Shown: positions 16,706 to 27,054, counted from the stretch's first letter. The stretch: 64,000 bases of DNA from a bacterium (GCA_021786105.1 JAJYNW010000005.1:52537-116536), one strand, 5' to 3'. The notes: a model not told the origin generated them from the sequence alone. Translations and numbers: made by a program.

Positions 16706-17937
16706 TATCACCTAAATTGCAAAAGATTTTAATAATGGGAATTTTGTTGAGGCTTTTAATAATGCCTTTTTATTTTCACCCCGATATCAAAACTTATAAC
16801 TTTCAATCTTCATTTTTAAAAAATGGTGTCGTAAATATTTATTCATATCTTACAGATCATAAACAAGATTTACCTCTGAAAGAGGAATTTGTCTATTTCC
16901 CGTTAACTTATTTCTTTTTGGGAGGTTACCAAATATTAGCATCTCCGTTTTTGGGGCCGGGATTTCACCAGTGGCTTTTTGATGCTTCCCAATCTGCAAC
17001 TCAACGGCCTGATGTTTTTAGGTACCTTTTTATTTTAAAACTTCCTTACCTTCTTTTGGACATCGCCATAGGCTTTTTGCTAATGAAATTTTTTGAAAAG
17101 GACGAGGACAAGAAAAGGGTATTCACCATCTGGATGTTTAATCCTCTTTCCCTAGTTTTAATTTATGCTTTCTCGAACTTGGACATTATTGTTGTATTTT
17201 TGACTGTCCTGAGTTTATTACTGGCCCAAAAACAAAAACCCATATCTGCAGCTCTTGCGCTTGGAATTGGGGCAGGATTTAAGGCCTATCCGTTATTGTT
17301 TGCCCCATTCCTAATGCTCACAGTTAAAGATTGGAAACAAAGATTGGGAATTTTACTGGTCTCCGTTTTGCCCTTTATCCTGACAATTGCTCCGTTCTTA
17401 AGATCTACAAGTTTTAAAGAGGCAACTTTAACTTCTGGACTTATGACTAGACTTACTTTAATGGGAATGAATTTAGGTTTTAACGAAACATTGCTTGTCG
17501 GTGTAGCGGCACTCTCTGTATTATTTTTCTGGGGTTTTTCAGAGATGCAAATTTCCAAAGATAAACTTTGGCAATATTATCTGGCGCTTTTATTGTTACT
17601 TTTGTCTGTAATCCATTTTCATGTCCAGTGGATTTTATGGATGATGCCGTTTGCGGCCTTACTTTTTGTAAGATCTAAAAAACTAATCTTGCCTATGGCC
17701 TTACTTCTTTTAACGGCATTTTTTATTCCCTTGCTTTATGAGGACAAAGCTATGACCGTGGGGCTCTTTTCTGTCATTAACCCTACATATAATTTATTGC
17801 CAATTCCTTTTGCTATTGTTCAAAAGTTTTATGATCCCTATGTTATCCAGAGTATCTTGCATAGTATTTTTGCGGGGGGGAGTTTAGTGGTTGCTTGGAA
17901 AATACTGAGAAGTAGAAATGTAGATATCGATGAATAG
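16702..17937 (+). CDS. polytopic GT-C-like membrane protein (DUF2029/GT87-like)
   Basis: About 10 TM helices and a GAGFKAYPLLFAPF motif (K-x-x-P ... P-L-F) shared with 22102..23457 and the central module of 43995..47114. Confidence 0.45.
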   Translation: MISPKLQKILIMGILLRLLIMPFYFHPDIKTYNFQSSFLKNGVVNIYSYLTDHKQDLPLKEEFVYFPLTYFFLGGYQILASPFLGPGFHQWLFDASQSATQRPDVFRYLFILKLPYLLLDIAIGFLLMKFFEKDEDKKRVFTIWMFNPLSLVLIYAFSNLDIIVVFLTVLSLLLAQKQKPISAALALGIGAGFKAYPLLFAPFLMLTVKDWKQRLGILLVSVLPFILTIAPFLRSTSFKEATLTSGLMTRLTLMGMNLGFNETLLVGVAALSVLFFWGFSEMQISKDKLWQYYLALLLLLLSVIHFHVQWILWMMPFAALLFVRSKKLILPMALLLLTAFFIPLLYEDKAMTVGLFSVINPTYNLLPIPFAIVQKFYDPYVIQSILHSIFAGGSLVVAWKILRSRNVDIDE

Positions 17938-18562
17938 ATTATTTTGGATCTTGTTAATTTTGGTTATTTCAGCCCCGGCCATTTTAAGTTTGGGTATCAG
18001 ATTGGTTCCGAATAGTTTCCAGCCTTCTTTGGACGGTACCCAAAAAGTTTATGGAGAAGTAAAAGTTTCTTCCGATATCTCAAGTAGCTCTAATAATTTA
18101 TCCGGAATTGGTCTAAGCATTAAAAATCCAAACTTGATTAATAAAAAAGACATTAATCTTTCGGTATTTTCCAACGGAAATCTTTTGAGAAGCGTGACTT
18201 TAAACGGCAGGTCTATTGGTGACGGAAATTTTATAAAATTTATTTTTGATCCGATAGACGACTCCAAAGGAAAAGTATATAACATGGTTTTTTCGGCACC
18301 GGGAGTTGCTGATGGGGAAGCATTGGAGATTTTTCTTACCAGTAATCCGGATGGATCAGGGATTAAAGTGGGTAAGGATGTCCATACCGAAGGTTTATCG
18401 GACGTGGTTTTCTATCACCCAAGTAACCCCCTCTCATTAGCTACAATAATATATGAGGAACTGATAGGAAGACTGGCAAAAGATATGATGTTTTTTGCTT
18501 TTTATATTATTATCCTTGGAGGATTAGGAGCATACTTATTTACGCTATCCAAAAAATCCTAG
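17930..18562 (+). CDS. bitopic membrane protein with Ser/Asn/Gly-rich ectodomain, unknown function
   Basis: N-terminal signal anchor, ~150 aa hydrophilic S/N/G-rich domain, C-terminal TM; translationally coupled to the upstream GT-C gene. Confidence 0.35.
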   Translation: MNRLFWILLILVISAPAILSLGIRLVPNSFQPSLDGTQKVYGEVKVSSDISSSSNNLSGIGLSIKNPNLINKKDINLSVFSNGNLLRSVTLNGRSIGDGNFIKFIFDPIDDSKGKVYNMVFSAPGVADGEALEIFLTSNPDGSGIKVGKDVHTEGLSDVVFYHPSNPLSLATIIYEELIGRLAKDMMFFAFYIIILGGLGAYLFTLSKKS

Positions 18563-18569
18563 AGCTTTG

Positions 18570-20543
18570 TTAGTTGGTTTTCCAAATTTGGATTGATGGA
18601 TTCGAATAAACTTCTTGCAAATCGGTTTTTGTAAGATCAATAGCTGGTTGTAACTGAATTGGAAAATAAAGATAGCTAATTTTATTATCTCTCAATATTT
18701 TGTCAAAATTTATAGGGTCAGTTTCCTCAAACAGTTGCTTCTCAATATCTAAGCGATCATTAAACTTATATCCCATGATATCAACTTGTTCTGTGTCGGA
18801 AAGGAAGGTTCTGCGGGAAGAGAGCGCAGAAACATAGGCAGTATCAAACCAGGCCCAGATGGGAGGAGTAGAGGTATGAAGATCAAGGTATTTGTTATAA
18901 GGAGGAGTGACAACCACACTGTTTTCGGAGGTATTCTTTCGTAAAAATGTTAAAGCTGATTGTTCAGGAGAATCAATTTTTGCATAAGGTGGACGTGAGT
19001 AAAATCCATAAATTAATCCTACTTGGGTGGGAACTGCCAAAAGTATGATTAAAAATCCCAATGCGATTTGAATAGAGGACTTGAATTTAAGGGTAAATTT
19101 TCCCCAAGCAATTCCGGCGATGATTCCCATTAAAAGCAAGAAGTATTGCATGAATTGGATGGAGTTACTGGCTACGCCTTTTTGTAGAAAAAGCATCGGT
19201 AAAATAAATGATGAAAGCAAGATAAGAATCAAAAGTAAATGCAGATAATTTTTAAATATGGAGGTAACATATTTGGCAACATCAACAAGCCCGATAAACC
19301 TGAGCCCTAAATTCCCAAACAAAAAGATAAAAAAAGAAGTTCCTTCGAGTTGGGCAACTCTCTTTAGGTTGTGTTCTGCAAGATAGGTTTGCCTTCTCAA
19401 TTCCCAATCCAATAAGTTAAGCCTTCCGGGTATTACAACCATGGTTCGAATATACCACCATGGTTCCCAGATCAAAAACCCGACAGATCCTGTAGAGTTG
19501 GGTAGATATAAAATTGCCGAGAGTAAGCCACTTAAGGTGGTGAGTATTAAAATATGAACCCTTCTTTCTTTTAGGAGCTGCCACCCCCCCACAATACCAA
19601 GGCTTCCTAACAAGACTATTCCTCCATAGACTTTGAAGACGATGAGTGATCCGGCGATCATTGCTAATACTAAAAGTTTTAGCGTGCCTTTTTGATTTTC
19701 CAAAAAATGAATAAAGAAAAAGAGGAAAGTTAAAACTATAATAAAGGCAGCGATTTGAGGGGGATTCCCAATTGAGCTTTGAATTTGGGTGGCCCAGAAG
19801 ATGGACTCGCCTCCGATGGTCCTGCTTTGGATCCAGGTAACTATAAATCCAAAACTGCCGGCAAAATATGTAAAAATTGTTGCCCAAACCCCGGTCGAAA
19901 AACTTCCCCCGATCTTTTTCCCTAAAAAGTAAGCCAGGGATCCAAGGAGCAAAGAATAAATAAAAGGAAAGAAACGGAAGTAGAGGTCTAAATTAGAAAA
20001 ACGGAAATATTGGCTAAAGATTGTAGGGGCAATATCAGAAAAGAAATGGTAGTTAACTAACCTTTCTCCGGCAAATACTGGATTTTGTAAAGGAAATCCT
20101 TTTTTCATTTCTTCCATTAAACTGATATGCCACATTCCGTCATGGCCGTGCGCACTCCAAAAAACTAGATCTCCATTTACAAATCTACCACTCGGAGCAA
20201 TGACTAATAATTGTCCAATAATACCCAAAGCAAATAATAATGAAAGTAAAAGTTTTCGATTAGTTGAGGGTAGTGTCAAATGAGAAAATATATCTCGAAG
20301 CTCTTTTAGCCCGAGAATATCCAATAGTATTGCAAACGGAACAGCCAAAAAATTTAACTTTAGCACTATTCCTAAATAGGAAAGAAGTGTGAAGAATATC
20401 AACCCGGCAACCGTTCCAAAGAATAAGCTTTCCCAAGGGCTAATTTTGAAACTTGCCTTTTTAAGTAGAAATACCCCCGGAAGCGTAAAACAAAAAAAAG
20501 ACACTAAAACAAAGAGAGGAAATACAAAAAGCATATTACCCAT
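18570..20543 (-). CDS. polytopic membrane protein of an unrecognised GT-C-like family (HGHDG-x-WH motif)
   Basis: About 14 TM helices. Motifs SAHGHDGMWH, QNPVFAGERLVNYHFF, FAGSFGF and GGESIFWATQ match the C-terminal module of 11699..15163. Confidence 0.5.
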   Translation of the reverse strand: MGNMLFVFPLFVLVSFFCFTLPGVFLLKKASFKISPWESLFFGTVAGLIFFTLLSYLGIVLKLNFLAVPFAILLDILGLKELRDIFSHLTLPSTNRKLLLSLLFALGIIGQLLVIAPSGRFVNGDLVFWSAHGHDGMWHISLMEEMKKGFPLQNPVFAGERLVNYHFFSDIAPTIFSQYFRFSNLDLYFRFFPFIYSLLLGSLAYFLGKKIGGSFSTGVWATIFTYFAGSFGFIVTWIQSRTIGGESIFWATQIQSSIGNPPQIAAFIIVLTFLFFFIHFLENQKGTLKLLVLAMIAGSLIVFKVYGGIVLLGSLGIVGGWQLLKERRVHILILTTLSGLLSAILYLPNSTGSVGFLIWEPWWYIRTMVVIPGRLNLLDWELRRQTYLAEHNLKRVAQLEGTSFFIFLFGNLGLRFIGLVDVAKYVTSIFKNYLHLLLILILLSSFILPMLFLQKGVASNSIQFMQYFLLLMGIIAGIAWGKFTLKFKSSIQIALGFLIILLAVPTQVGLIYGFYSRPPYAKIDSPEQSALTFLRKNTSENSVVVTPPYNKYLDLHTSTPPIWAWFDTAYVSALSSRRTFLSDTEQVDIMGYKFNDRLDIEKQLFEETDPINFDKILRDNKISYLYFPIQLQPAIDLTKTDLQEVYSNPSIQIWKTN

Positions 20544-20587
20544 ATTCCAATTTTACATCATTGGTACTTTATATATAATGGGAATAT

Positions 20588-22102
20588 ATGAAAAGATGGT
20601 GGTTTCCACTGCTGGTATTAATTCTGCTAGTTGCTGTCCTAAAGTATACCGCAAACCTTCGCGCTCTTGGTTATGATAAAGTTCCCGATACTTACCCTAT
20701 TTTAGATGAGCGGACAAATGTTTGGCATGGGTTAAGTTTAAGGCAGAGCGGGATTCCGGCGGCGTGGTCGGGGTTAGGCGCTTATAAGAGGAATAATGCA
20801 GGCGGCAAAATAAATGGTTTTAATATTCAGGTGGATGACTTTACTCCTAATTTAAATAATTTCAGCCAGTTTCCTAAACCGAGCGCCATTTTACATGGAG
20901 TAGATTTGGGTTTAGGCCGGGGGATGACGGGTATTTTAATGGTCCAGCCTTATTTAGACCATCCTCCGTTAGCGGCGCTTATTTTCAGCTCTTTTGTGCC
21001 TAACAGCTTGAGAACTTTCGATGACCTGACTCCTTTTGACATGCGAAAAGGACCACTGGTATTGGCAGCTATTACAGGGTTTTTAATTTTTCTGCTTGGT
21101 TTCCAGCTGTTTAAAAATGTCTGGATTGGGCTTTTGGCAACAGCTATTTACGGGACCGCACCGACTTTTGTTCTTTTAAGCAGGTACACTCTTTTAGAAA
21201 ATGCCATGGTGCCCTTGATGCTAATTTCCTTAAATTTGCTTCTTTTTTCCCAGCAAGTAAAAAACAGGAAGAAGGTTGCCTTAACTGTTGGGTTAGCGGG
21301 AGTTTTTGGTGGGTTAACAGCCCTAACTAAAATTACCGGCTGGGCGATTCTGCCTATAGGAGTAATCCTTCTTTGGCAGTGGAAGTACCATCTGCGGGAG
21401 ATTTTATACTTTGCTTTCCCGGTTATTGTTTTAGGACTTTCGTATTTTGCCTGGGGGTTTTATTTGGCGCCGAATGTCTTTATAGATATCTTCCGCTATC
21501 AGGGAATAGATCGGGGATTTATTGGCTCAATTAATTTTTTGGTGACTATGACACGGGTGGGGATTGTTAATTTTCCTGTAGATGGGTGGTGGATTGGAGG
21601 GTTTTTAACCATGGGGTTGATTCTTTTAAAAAAAGAAAGCTTCCCCTATATAGTGAGCGTAGTTACACTATTGTTTACGGCACTGCTTTTAGGAGGAGCA
21701 AACTACCCTTGGTATTTTATCCCGCTGGTTCCTTTTATGTGTCTTGGGATAGCCTATTTAATTTGGCAGATAGTTACTTCGCCATCCCTCTTTAATCTAA
21801 TGGCTTTTTTCTTGCTGTTTTTTTCCAGTAGTTTTTATTGGGGATATGGTGTTTACCAAGCGGCATTGTCACCTACCGGTGACCAGCAGCCTTTTACCCT
21901 TTACAGGATTTTATTCCTGCTTTTCTTTGGGATAGGATTAATGTGGCCCCGTCTTGTAAAGTTAAATAAAGTTGCCAAGGCTTGGCCGGTGGTGGTGTTT
22001 TGTTTAATACTGATTACACTTAAATTGAATGAAAGGTCACTTTATTTTTTAATGTCTAATTGGGGGCATCTCCCGGCAATTTTTACGCCGGGGACATTTT
22101 AA
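20588..22102 (+). CDS. GT-C-fold membrane glycosyltransferase, ArnT/PMT-like
   Basis: Signal-anchor TM, then loop LDERTNVWHG (DE motif) and more than 10 TM helices. Confidence 0.55.
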   Translation: MKRWWFPLLVLILLVAVLKYTANLRALGYDKVPDTYPILDERTNVWHGLSLRQSGIPAAWSGLGAYKRNNAGGKINGFNIQVDDFTPNLNNFSQFPKPSAILHGVDLGLGRGMTGILMVQPYLDHPPLAALIFSSFVPNSLRTFDDLTPFDMRKGPLVLAAITGFLIFLLGFQLFKNVWIGLLATAIYGTAPTFVLLSRYTLLENAMVPLMLISLNLLLFSQQVKNRKKVALTVGLAGVFGGLTALTKITGWAILPIGVILLWQWKYHLREILYFAFPVIVLGLSYFAWGFYLAPNVFIDIFRYQGIDRGFIGSINFLVTMTRVGIVNFPVDGWWIGGFLTMGLILLKKESFPYIVSVVTLLFTALLLGGANYPWYFIPLVPFMCLGIAYLIWQIVTSPSLFNLMAFFLLFFSSSFYWGYGVYQAALSPTGDQQPFTLYRILFLLFFGIGLMWPRLVKLNKVAKAWPVVVFCLILITLKLNERSLYFLMSNWGHLPAIFTPGTF

Positions 22103-23457
22103 TGATGAACAAAATAATTAGATTTTGCCGGAATAAAGATGTTTTAATAGTTTTCCTATCTGCCTTAATTCTTCGTTTGGCAATTAGCAGTTTGGGTTTT
22201 CATGATGATATTTATAGCAATACGGCCTGGGGGAAATGGATCTTTCAAAATGGGCCAAGAGGATTTTATGAGGCAAGCGGTTGGATTTACTCTTCGCCCA
22301 CCCAACCTCCCCTTATAAGCTTGCTCTATGGGTTTAACCACTTTCTTTATGAAAGGCTAATGTTTTTCTTTTCTACTTTGGGGGTTTGGATAGCGACCTA
22401 TCATCTGGCCCCCACAAAAATGATGTGGTTTTTTGATTTTTCTAGGTGGTTTGGTAATGCAATGTATCAAGAAACACCATTTAAGTTTGGGGCATTAATT
22501 TCCATGAAAATAGTGGCGATTTTAGCTGATTTGGCGATTGCCTGGATTATATATTTGCTTGCTAAAAATCATACCTCTAAACCAATTCTTTGGAGCGTTG
22601 CTTATCTTTTTTCTCCCTTTAGTTGGTATTTAAGCGCTTTATGGGGACAGTATGACCAGACAAGTTTCCTCTTTTTGCTTTTGGCGTTTGTTTTGCTTGC
22701 CAGAAAGCATCTTTTGTGGACACCGTTGCTTTTATTGATAAGTATTGAATTAAAGCCTACAGCACTTATCTTTATTCCTTTATTCGCTTGGTTTTACTTG
22801 AAACAAAAACCATCTGTAAAAGATATAGTGGTGGGATTTTTGTCGGTGGCTGTTGTTTTTGTATACTCAGTTTGGCTATTTGCGGATAGGAATGTCGTTG
22901 ACTTTACTCAAAATGAGCTGCTTCCAAAAATCTTTGCTAAATCTGAACCCCGCGTATCAACCAATGCGTTTAATTTTTGGCGGATCTTTATCGGGAATGC
23001 TGCCATGAATCAGGATACGGTACTTTTCCTGTTACCGACAAAAATTTGGGGATATCTGATATTTTTCTCCGCATATATTTTATCGGTTGTTCATTTTAAA
23101 AAAATAACTATTGAAAATATTTTTAAATTGTTTTTCATCGTTGGAGGAACCGGATTTTTGTTTCTAACCAATATGTTGGATCGGTATTTTTTTGCTGGAG
23201 TGGTAGGACTTTTAATTGTTACGATTTTCAACAAAAGCTTATTTAAATTTTGGCTAATTTTAAGTTTAGTATTTTGGCTGAATCTATTTAATCAATGGTG
23301 GTTTCCGGAAAATCTGGGATTTTTACGGGAAGTATTAACTTGGCAAAACTTTATAGTAAGCAGGGTGTTGGCGGCAGTTAATGTCTCTATCTTTATTATT
23401 GTTTTATTTAAAATCTTCCCTAGCTTAAATTGGAAAAGCTTCACTTTTAGAAAGTAA
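22102..23457 (+). CDS. polytopic GT-C-like membrane protein (DUF2029/GT87-like)
   Basis: Track ORF starts at 22060 inside the upstream gene; start refined to the taATGATG at 22102/22105. ELKPTALIFIPLFAWFY motif; about 11 TM helices. Confidence 0.45.
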   Translation: MMNKIIRFCRNKDVLIVFLSALILRLAISSLGFHDDIYSNTAWGKWIFQNGPRGFYEASGWIYSSPTQPPLISLLYGFNHFLYERLMFFFSTLGVWIATYHLAPTKMMWFFDFSRWFGNAMYQETPFKFGALISMKIVAILADLAIAWIIYLLAKNHTSKPILWSVAYLFSPFSWYLSALWGQYDQTSFLFLLLAFVLLARKHLLWTPLLLLISIELKPTALIFIPLFAWFYLKQKPSVKDIVVGFLSVAVVFVYSVWLFADRNVVDFTQNELLPKIFAKSEPRVSTNAFNFWRIFIGNAAMNQDTVLFLLPTKIWGYLIFFSAYILSVVHFKKITIENIFKLFFIVGGTGFLFLTNMLDRYFFAGVVGLLIVTIFNKSLFKFWLILSLVFWLNLFNQWWFPENLGFLREVLTWQNFIVSRVLAAVNVSIFIIVLFKIFPSLNWKSFTFRK

Positions 23458-23474
23458 GTTGGTAATATGGGAAT

Positions 23475-25247
23475 ATGCTTCAGGTTTTAAGATTTGGGAA
23501 CCTTAAAAGAATTAATTTAAGAAACCCGACTTTAGGAATCTTTTTCCTCCTTCTTATATTGTTACTAATTGGAGAACTCCACTTTTTTTACCCCGATGAG
23601 TTTGACAACATTTTAGGAGGGCATTATATTTTGCAGGGACGTTTGCCTTATGTGGGATTTTTTTCCCACCATAACCCTTTTGCATATTTCTTCGCGGTAC
23701 CAATTTCTCTTTTTGCCGGCCAGTCATTTGTAAAGTTCCGGTTAGGTTTGGGGGTTGTTTATGCTTTACTGATGATTGGATTTTATGTTTGGACTAAAAA
23801 GCGTTTCGGGGTTGAGGTTGGGAAAATTATTTTAGGATGGCTTATCTTTTTGGCAGTTGGCGCAACTTATTGGTGGGGACAGATGCTTTTGGCTGACGTT
23901 TTGGGAAGCTATCTTATTTCTGTTCCGGTAATTCTACTCTTCTGGCTAATTTTTAATAAAGAGAAGATCCGCCAAAACGATTTATTGCTTATTTCTGTTT
24001 CCTCTGCCTTAGCTCTACTCACTACTTTTACCCTTTTATACTTGGTTGCTTTGATTTACTTAGTTACTCTGATATGGAGTTTTAAAAACTCCTCAGAAAA
24101 ACTTGTATCTTCCAAGAACCTGAAAGTTGTAGGAACACTAGCAGCTCCTTATTTAGTTTTTGGTTTTTACCTCCTTGTTACGGGAAGTATCCAGGAATAT
24201 TTTTATCAGTCTGTTGTCTTTAATTCAAAGTATTATGCATTTTTACCGGGAGGGGTATCAGTCAGAAATCCCTTAAGGGTAGTAATAGTTCTGTTTTACC
24301 AATTTTTCATTAACTTCAAAACAATGCTTGTAATGACCAAGGATTTAAACTTTGGTTCGCCCTTTGCACAAACTCTCGTTTTATCCAACGCTATAATGAT
24401 GGTCTACTCAATTTTACAAAGAAGGTTTTTCTTAGCGGCATTTATTTGGTTTGCCTTAACTTTTAGTATTGTTCGCAGTAACCCTTATACCACAGTAGAA
24501 ACTGATTACCAGGGCATGGCTTATCATCTTATCTCCATTTTTAACGGCTTGACGGTGTTAGTCTTTTTATGGAAATCTTTAAAGGAAAAAGTATTAGATG
24601 CCAAAGCTTTAGTATATGCTGTAAGCTTTTTATTCCTGGGGGCTTATTTTGTTTTTTTTAGCCTGCATTTATCGGAAAAATATTTAGAAAAGGCTTATCA
24701 AAAATATATGGGAGTACAGTCGCTGATTTATGATCGTCCTTCAGTGGCTCCGTTGCTCAACAAGCTACTTACAAAAAACGATTACTACTTCCTCGGGCCC
24801 TTTGATTATGAAAATCAACTTTATGTCAATGAAAAACCCGCATCTAAATATATTGATGTAATTCCGGCGATGGATAATTCTTTGAAGATACAGGCGGCAC
24901 TGCTATCCGATTTGCAAAAAAATAAACCTAAAATTATAGTTTTTGACACCGAAATGAGGGTTTTGGGAAATAAACCCGGGGGTTTTCTTAAGCCGTTCTT
25001 AGACAAAGATTACTTTAATTTAGAGGAATTGGGTGCACCTTGTATAGGTGTTAAAGCAACGACTAAATGGTTTGGTACTTATGATTTTGAAAGGCACTTT
25101 TTCTTTGAGAAGGAAGATCGGCCCCAGGTTTTAAAGGAACTAGAGGAACAAAAATTAATAGCGCCGGTAGACCCGAATAACTTGCCTGCTTTTTGTCACG
25201 ATCGTTACAGAAATTCTGAGTCCTCGGCTTCTGCAAAGCCTGAATAA
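23475..25247 (+). CDS. polytopic membrane protein with ~180 aa C-terminal soluble domain; GT-C-like candidate
   Basis: About 11 TM helices followed by a hydrophilic C-terminal domain; sits between GT-C and GT2 genes. No diagnostic motif recognised. Confidence 0.35.
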   Translation: MLQVLRFGNLKRINLRNPTLGIFFLLLILLLIGELHFFYPDEFDNILGGHYILQGRLPYVGFFSHHNPFAYFFAVPISLFAGQSFVKFRLGLGVVYALLMIGFYVWTKKRFGVEVGKIILGWLIFLAVGATYWWGQMLLADVLGSYLISVPVILLFWLIFNKEKIRQNDLLLISVSSALALLTTFTLLYLVALIYLVTLIWSFKNSSEKLVSSKNLKVVGTLAAPYLVFGFYLLVTGSIQEYFYQSVVFNSKYYAFLPGGVSVRNPLRVVIVLFYQFFINFKTMLVMTKDLNFGSPFAQTLVLSNAIMMVYSILQRRFFLAAFIWFALTFSIVRSNPYTTVETDYQGMAYHLISIFNGLTVLVFLWKSLKEKVLDAKALVYAVSFLFLGAYFVFFSLHLSEKYLEKAYQKYMGVQSLIYDRPSVAPLLNKLLTKNDYYFLGPFDYENQLYVNEKPASKYIDVIPAMDNSLKIQAALLSDLQKNKPKIIVFDTEMRVLGNKPGGFLKPFLDKDYFNLEELGAPCIGVKATTKWFGTYDFERHFFFEKEDRPQVLKELEEQKLIAPVDPNNLPAFCHDRYRNSESSASAKPE

Positions 25248-25303
25248 CGAGTTTGCATACCATCAAGTTTACTTGTGCCTCTGAAATTGTTAACATTTAC
25301 TGT

Positions 25304-26206
25304 ATGAATGGCAAGGTCTCGGTGGTGATAAACACGCTCAATGAGGAACAAAATGTTGAGCGGGCGATTAAGTCAGTTAAGTGGGCGGATGAAGTTGTGG
25401 TTTGTGACATGCATTCTGAGGACCGGACTGTGGACATCGCGAAGAAGTTGGGAGCAAAAGTGGTTTACCATGAAAAAACTAATTATGTTGAACCAGCGAG
25501 AAACTTTGCAGTTTCCAAGGCAACAGGAGACTGGATATTGGTACTGGACGCTGATGAAGAAATTCCATCTACGTTAGCTTCTAAACTGAAGGAGATTACT
25601 GAGGATAACAGCGTCGATTTTGTGGAGATTCCCCGGAAGAATATTATATTCAAAAAACAAGTCAGAGCTTCTTTTTGGTGGCCTGACTATCATCCCCGGT
25701 TCTATAAAAAGGGAAGTGTTACCTGGAAAAATGAGATTCATACTAAACCGGAAACAAAAGGTTCAAAACTAACCCTGTCGGCGGATGAGTCTTTAGCAAT
25801 CATCCATTACCATTACCAATCAGTTTCCCAATTTATTGAAAGACTAAACCGCTATACAACAATCCAGGCAAACGAGCTGGTCGAAGCTGGTTACATGTTC
25901 CAGTGGTCAGACTTGATAACAAAGCCTTTGAGCGAGTTTATGGGGAGATTTTTTGCCAACAGAGGCTTTGAGGATGGATTACATGGTTTGGTACTTTCCT
26001 TACTCCAAGCTTTTTCTTTTCTAGTGGTATATCTTAAAGTTTGGGAAGCTGATGGTTTCAAAGAAGAGAAAATCAATCTTTCTCAGCTTAAAGAAGTTAG
26101 CAAACAAGGTGGGAAAGAGATTGATTATTGGTTTAAGTATGTAAATCTTTCAAAAAACCCGGTTAAGAAATTGTTTCAAAAGATTGGCAATAAAGTATCA
26201 TTATGA
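25304..26206 (+). CDS. GT2 glycosyltransferase (WaaE/KdtX-like subgroup)
   Basis: Start refined to ATG 25304 (MNGKVSVVINTLNEE). Motifs SVKWADEVVVCD and LDADEE; paralogous to 29560 and 37071. Confidence 0.7.
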   Translation: MNGKVSVVINTLNEEQNVERAIKSVKWADEVVVCDMHSEDRTVDIAKKLGAKVVYHEKTNYVEPARNFAVSKATGDWILVLDADEEIPSTLASKLKEITEDNSVDFVEIPRKNIIFKKQVRASFWWPDYHPRFYKKGSVTWKNEIHTKPETKGSKLTLSADESLAIIHYHYQSVSQFIERLNRYTTIQANELVEAGYMFQWSDLITKPLSEFMGRFFANRGFEDGLHGLVLSLLQAFSFLVVYLKVWEADGFKEEKINLSQLKEVSKQGGKEIDYWFKYVNLSKNPVKKLFQKIGNKVSL

Positions 26207-27054
26207 GAAAAGTTAGTGTAGTTATCCTCAACTACAAAGTTAAAGATCAGGCGGTTAAATGTGTAAAATCTGTCCAAAAATCGACTTACGGCAATGTAGA
26301 TATTATTGTGGTGGATAACAATTCCGGTGATGGATTAGAGAAAGAACTGGAAAAACTTCCCGATATACTTTTTATCCAAAGCGGAAAGAACTTAGGGTAT
26401 ACAGGGGGCAATAATATCGGAATTAAAAAGGCTTTAGAGAGAGACGCAGATTATGTTTTTATCCTCAACCCCGACACGACAATCGAAGAGGATGCTATAG
26501 GGAATTTAGTAGCTACAGCTGAACTGGAAAAAGCCGGAATTGTCGGTCCTAAGATTTTATTTGCGGATGATAAAAAAGATACTATCTGGTATGCAGGAGG
26601 AATTTTAGACTTGGCTAATGTTTTAGGCAAACACAGAGGTGTGGACGAGAAGGATAAAAAACAGTACGACACCATAGAAGAAACGGAATTTGTTACTGGC
26701 GGTGCAATTTTTGTCCGCCGCGATGTTTTTGAAAAAATTGGGTTCTTTGACGATAGATACTTCATGTATTTAGAGGATGTTGATTTTTGTTATAGAGCAA
26801 AAAAAGCTGGATTTAAGGTTCTTTATGTCCCTACGGCGGAAGTTTTCCATAAAAACGCCCAGTCAGCCGGGTTAGGGTCTCCAAGACAGGATTATTATCT
26901 AACTAGAAATAGAATGTTATTTGCCTCTAAATTCTTGTCTTTGAGAACAAGATTTGCCTTATTAAGGGAGGCTATCCGTAACTTAGCAATTCCTGCCCGA
27001 AGGCTGGCTCTAGTGGATTTCCTATTAGGTGATTTAGGAAAAGGTAATATTTGA
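26203..27054 (+). CDS. GT2 glycosyltransferase, WbbL/RfbF (rhamnosyltransferase)-like
   Basis: VVILNYK, VDNNSGDG, NLGYTGGNNIG and YLEDVDFCYRAKKAGF motifs. ATGA overlap with the upstream gene. Confidence 0.75.
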   Translation: MRKVSVVILNYKVKDQAVKCVKSVQKSTYGNVDIIVVDNNSGDGLEKELEKLPDILFIQSGKNLGYTGGNNIGIKKALERDADYVFILNPDTTIEEDAIGNLVATAELEKAGIVGPKILFADDKKDTIWYAGGILDLANVLGKHRGVDEKDKKQYDTIEETEFVTGGAIFVRRDVFEKIGFFDDRYFMYLEDVDFCYRAKKAGFKVLYVPTAEVFHKNAQSAGLGSPRQDYYLTRNRMLFASKFLSLRTRFALLREAIRNLAIPARRLALVDFLLGDLGKGNI

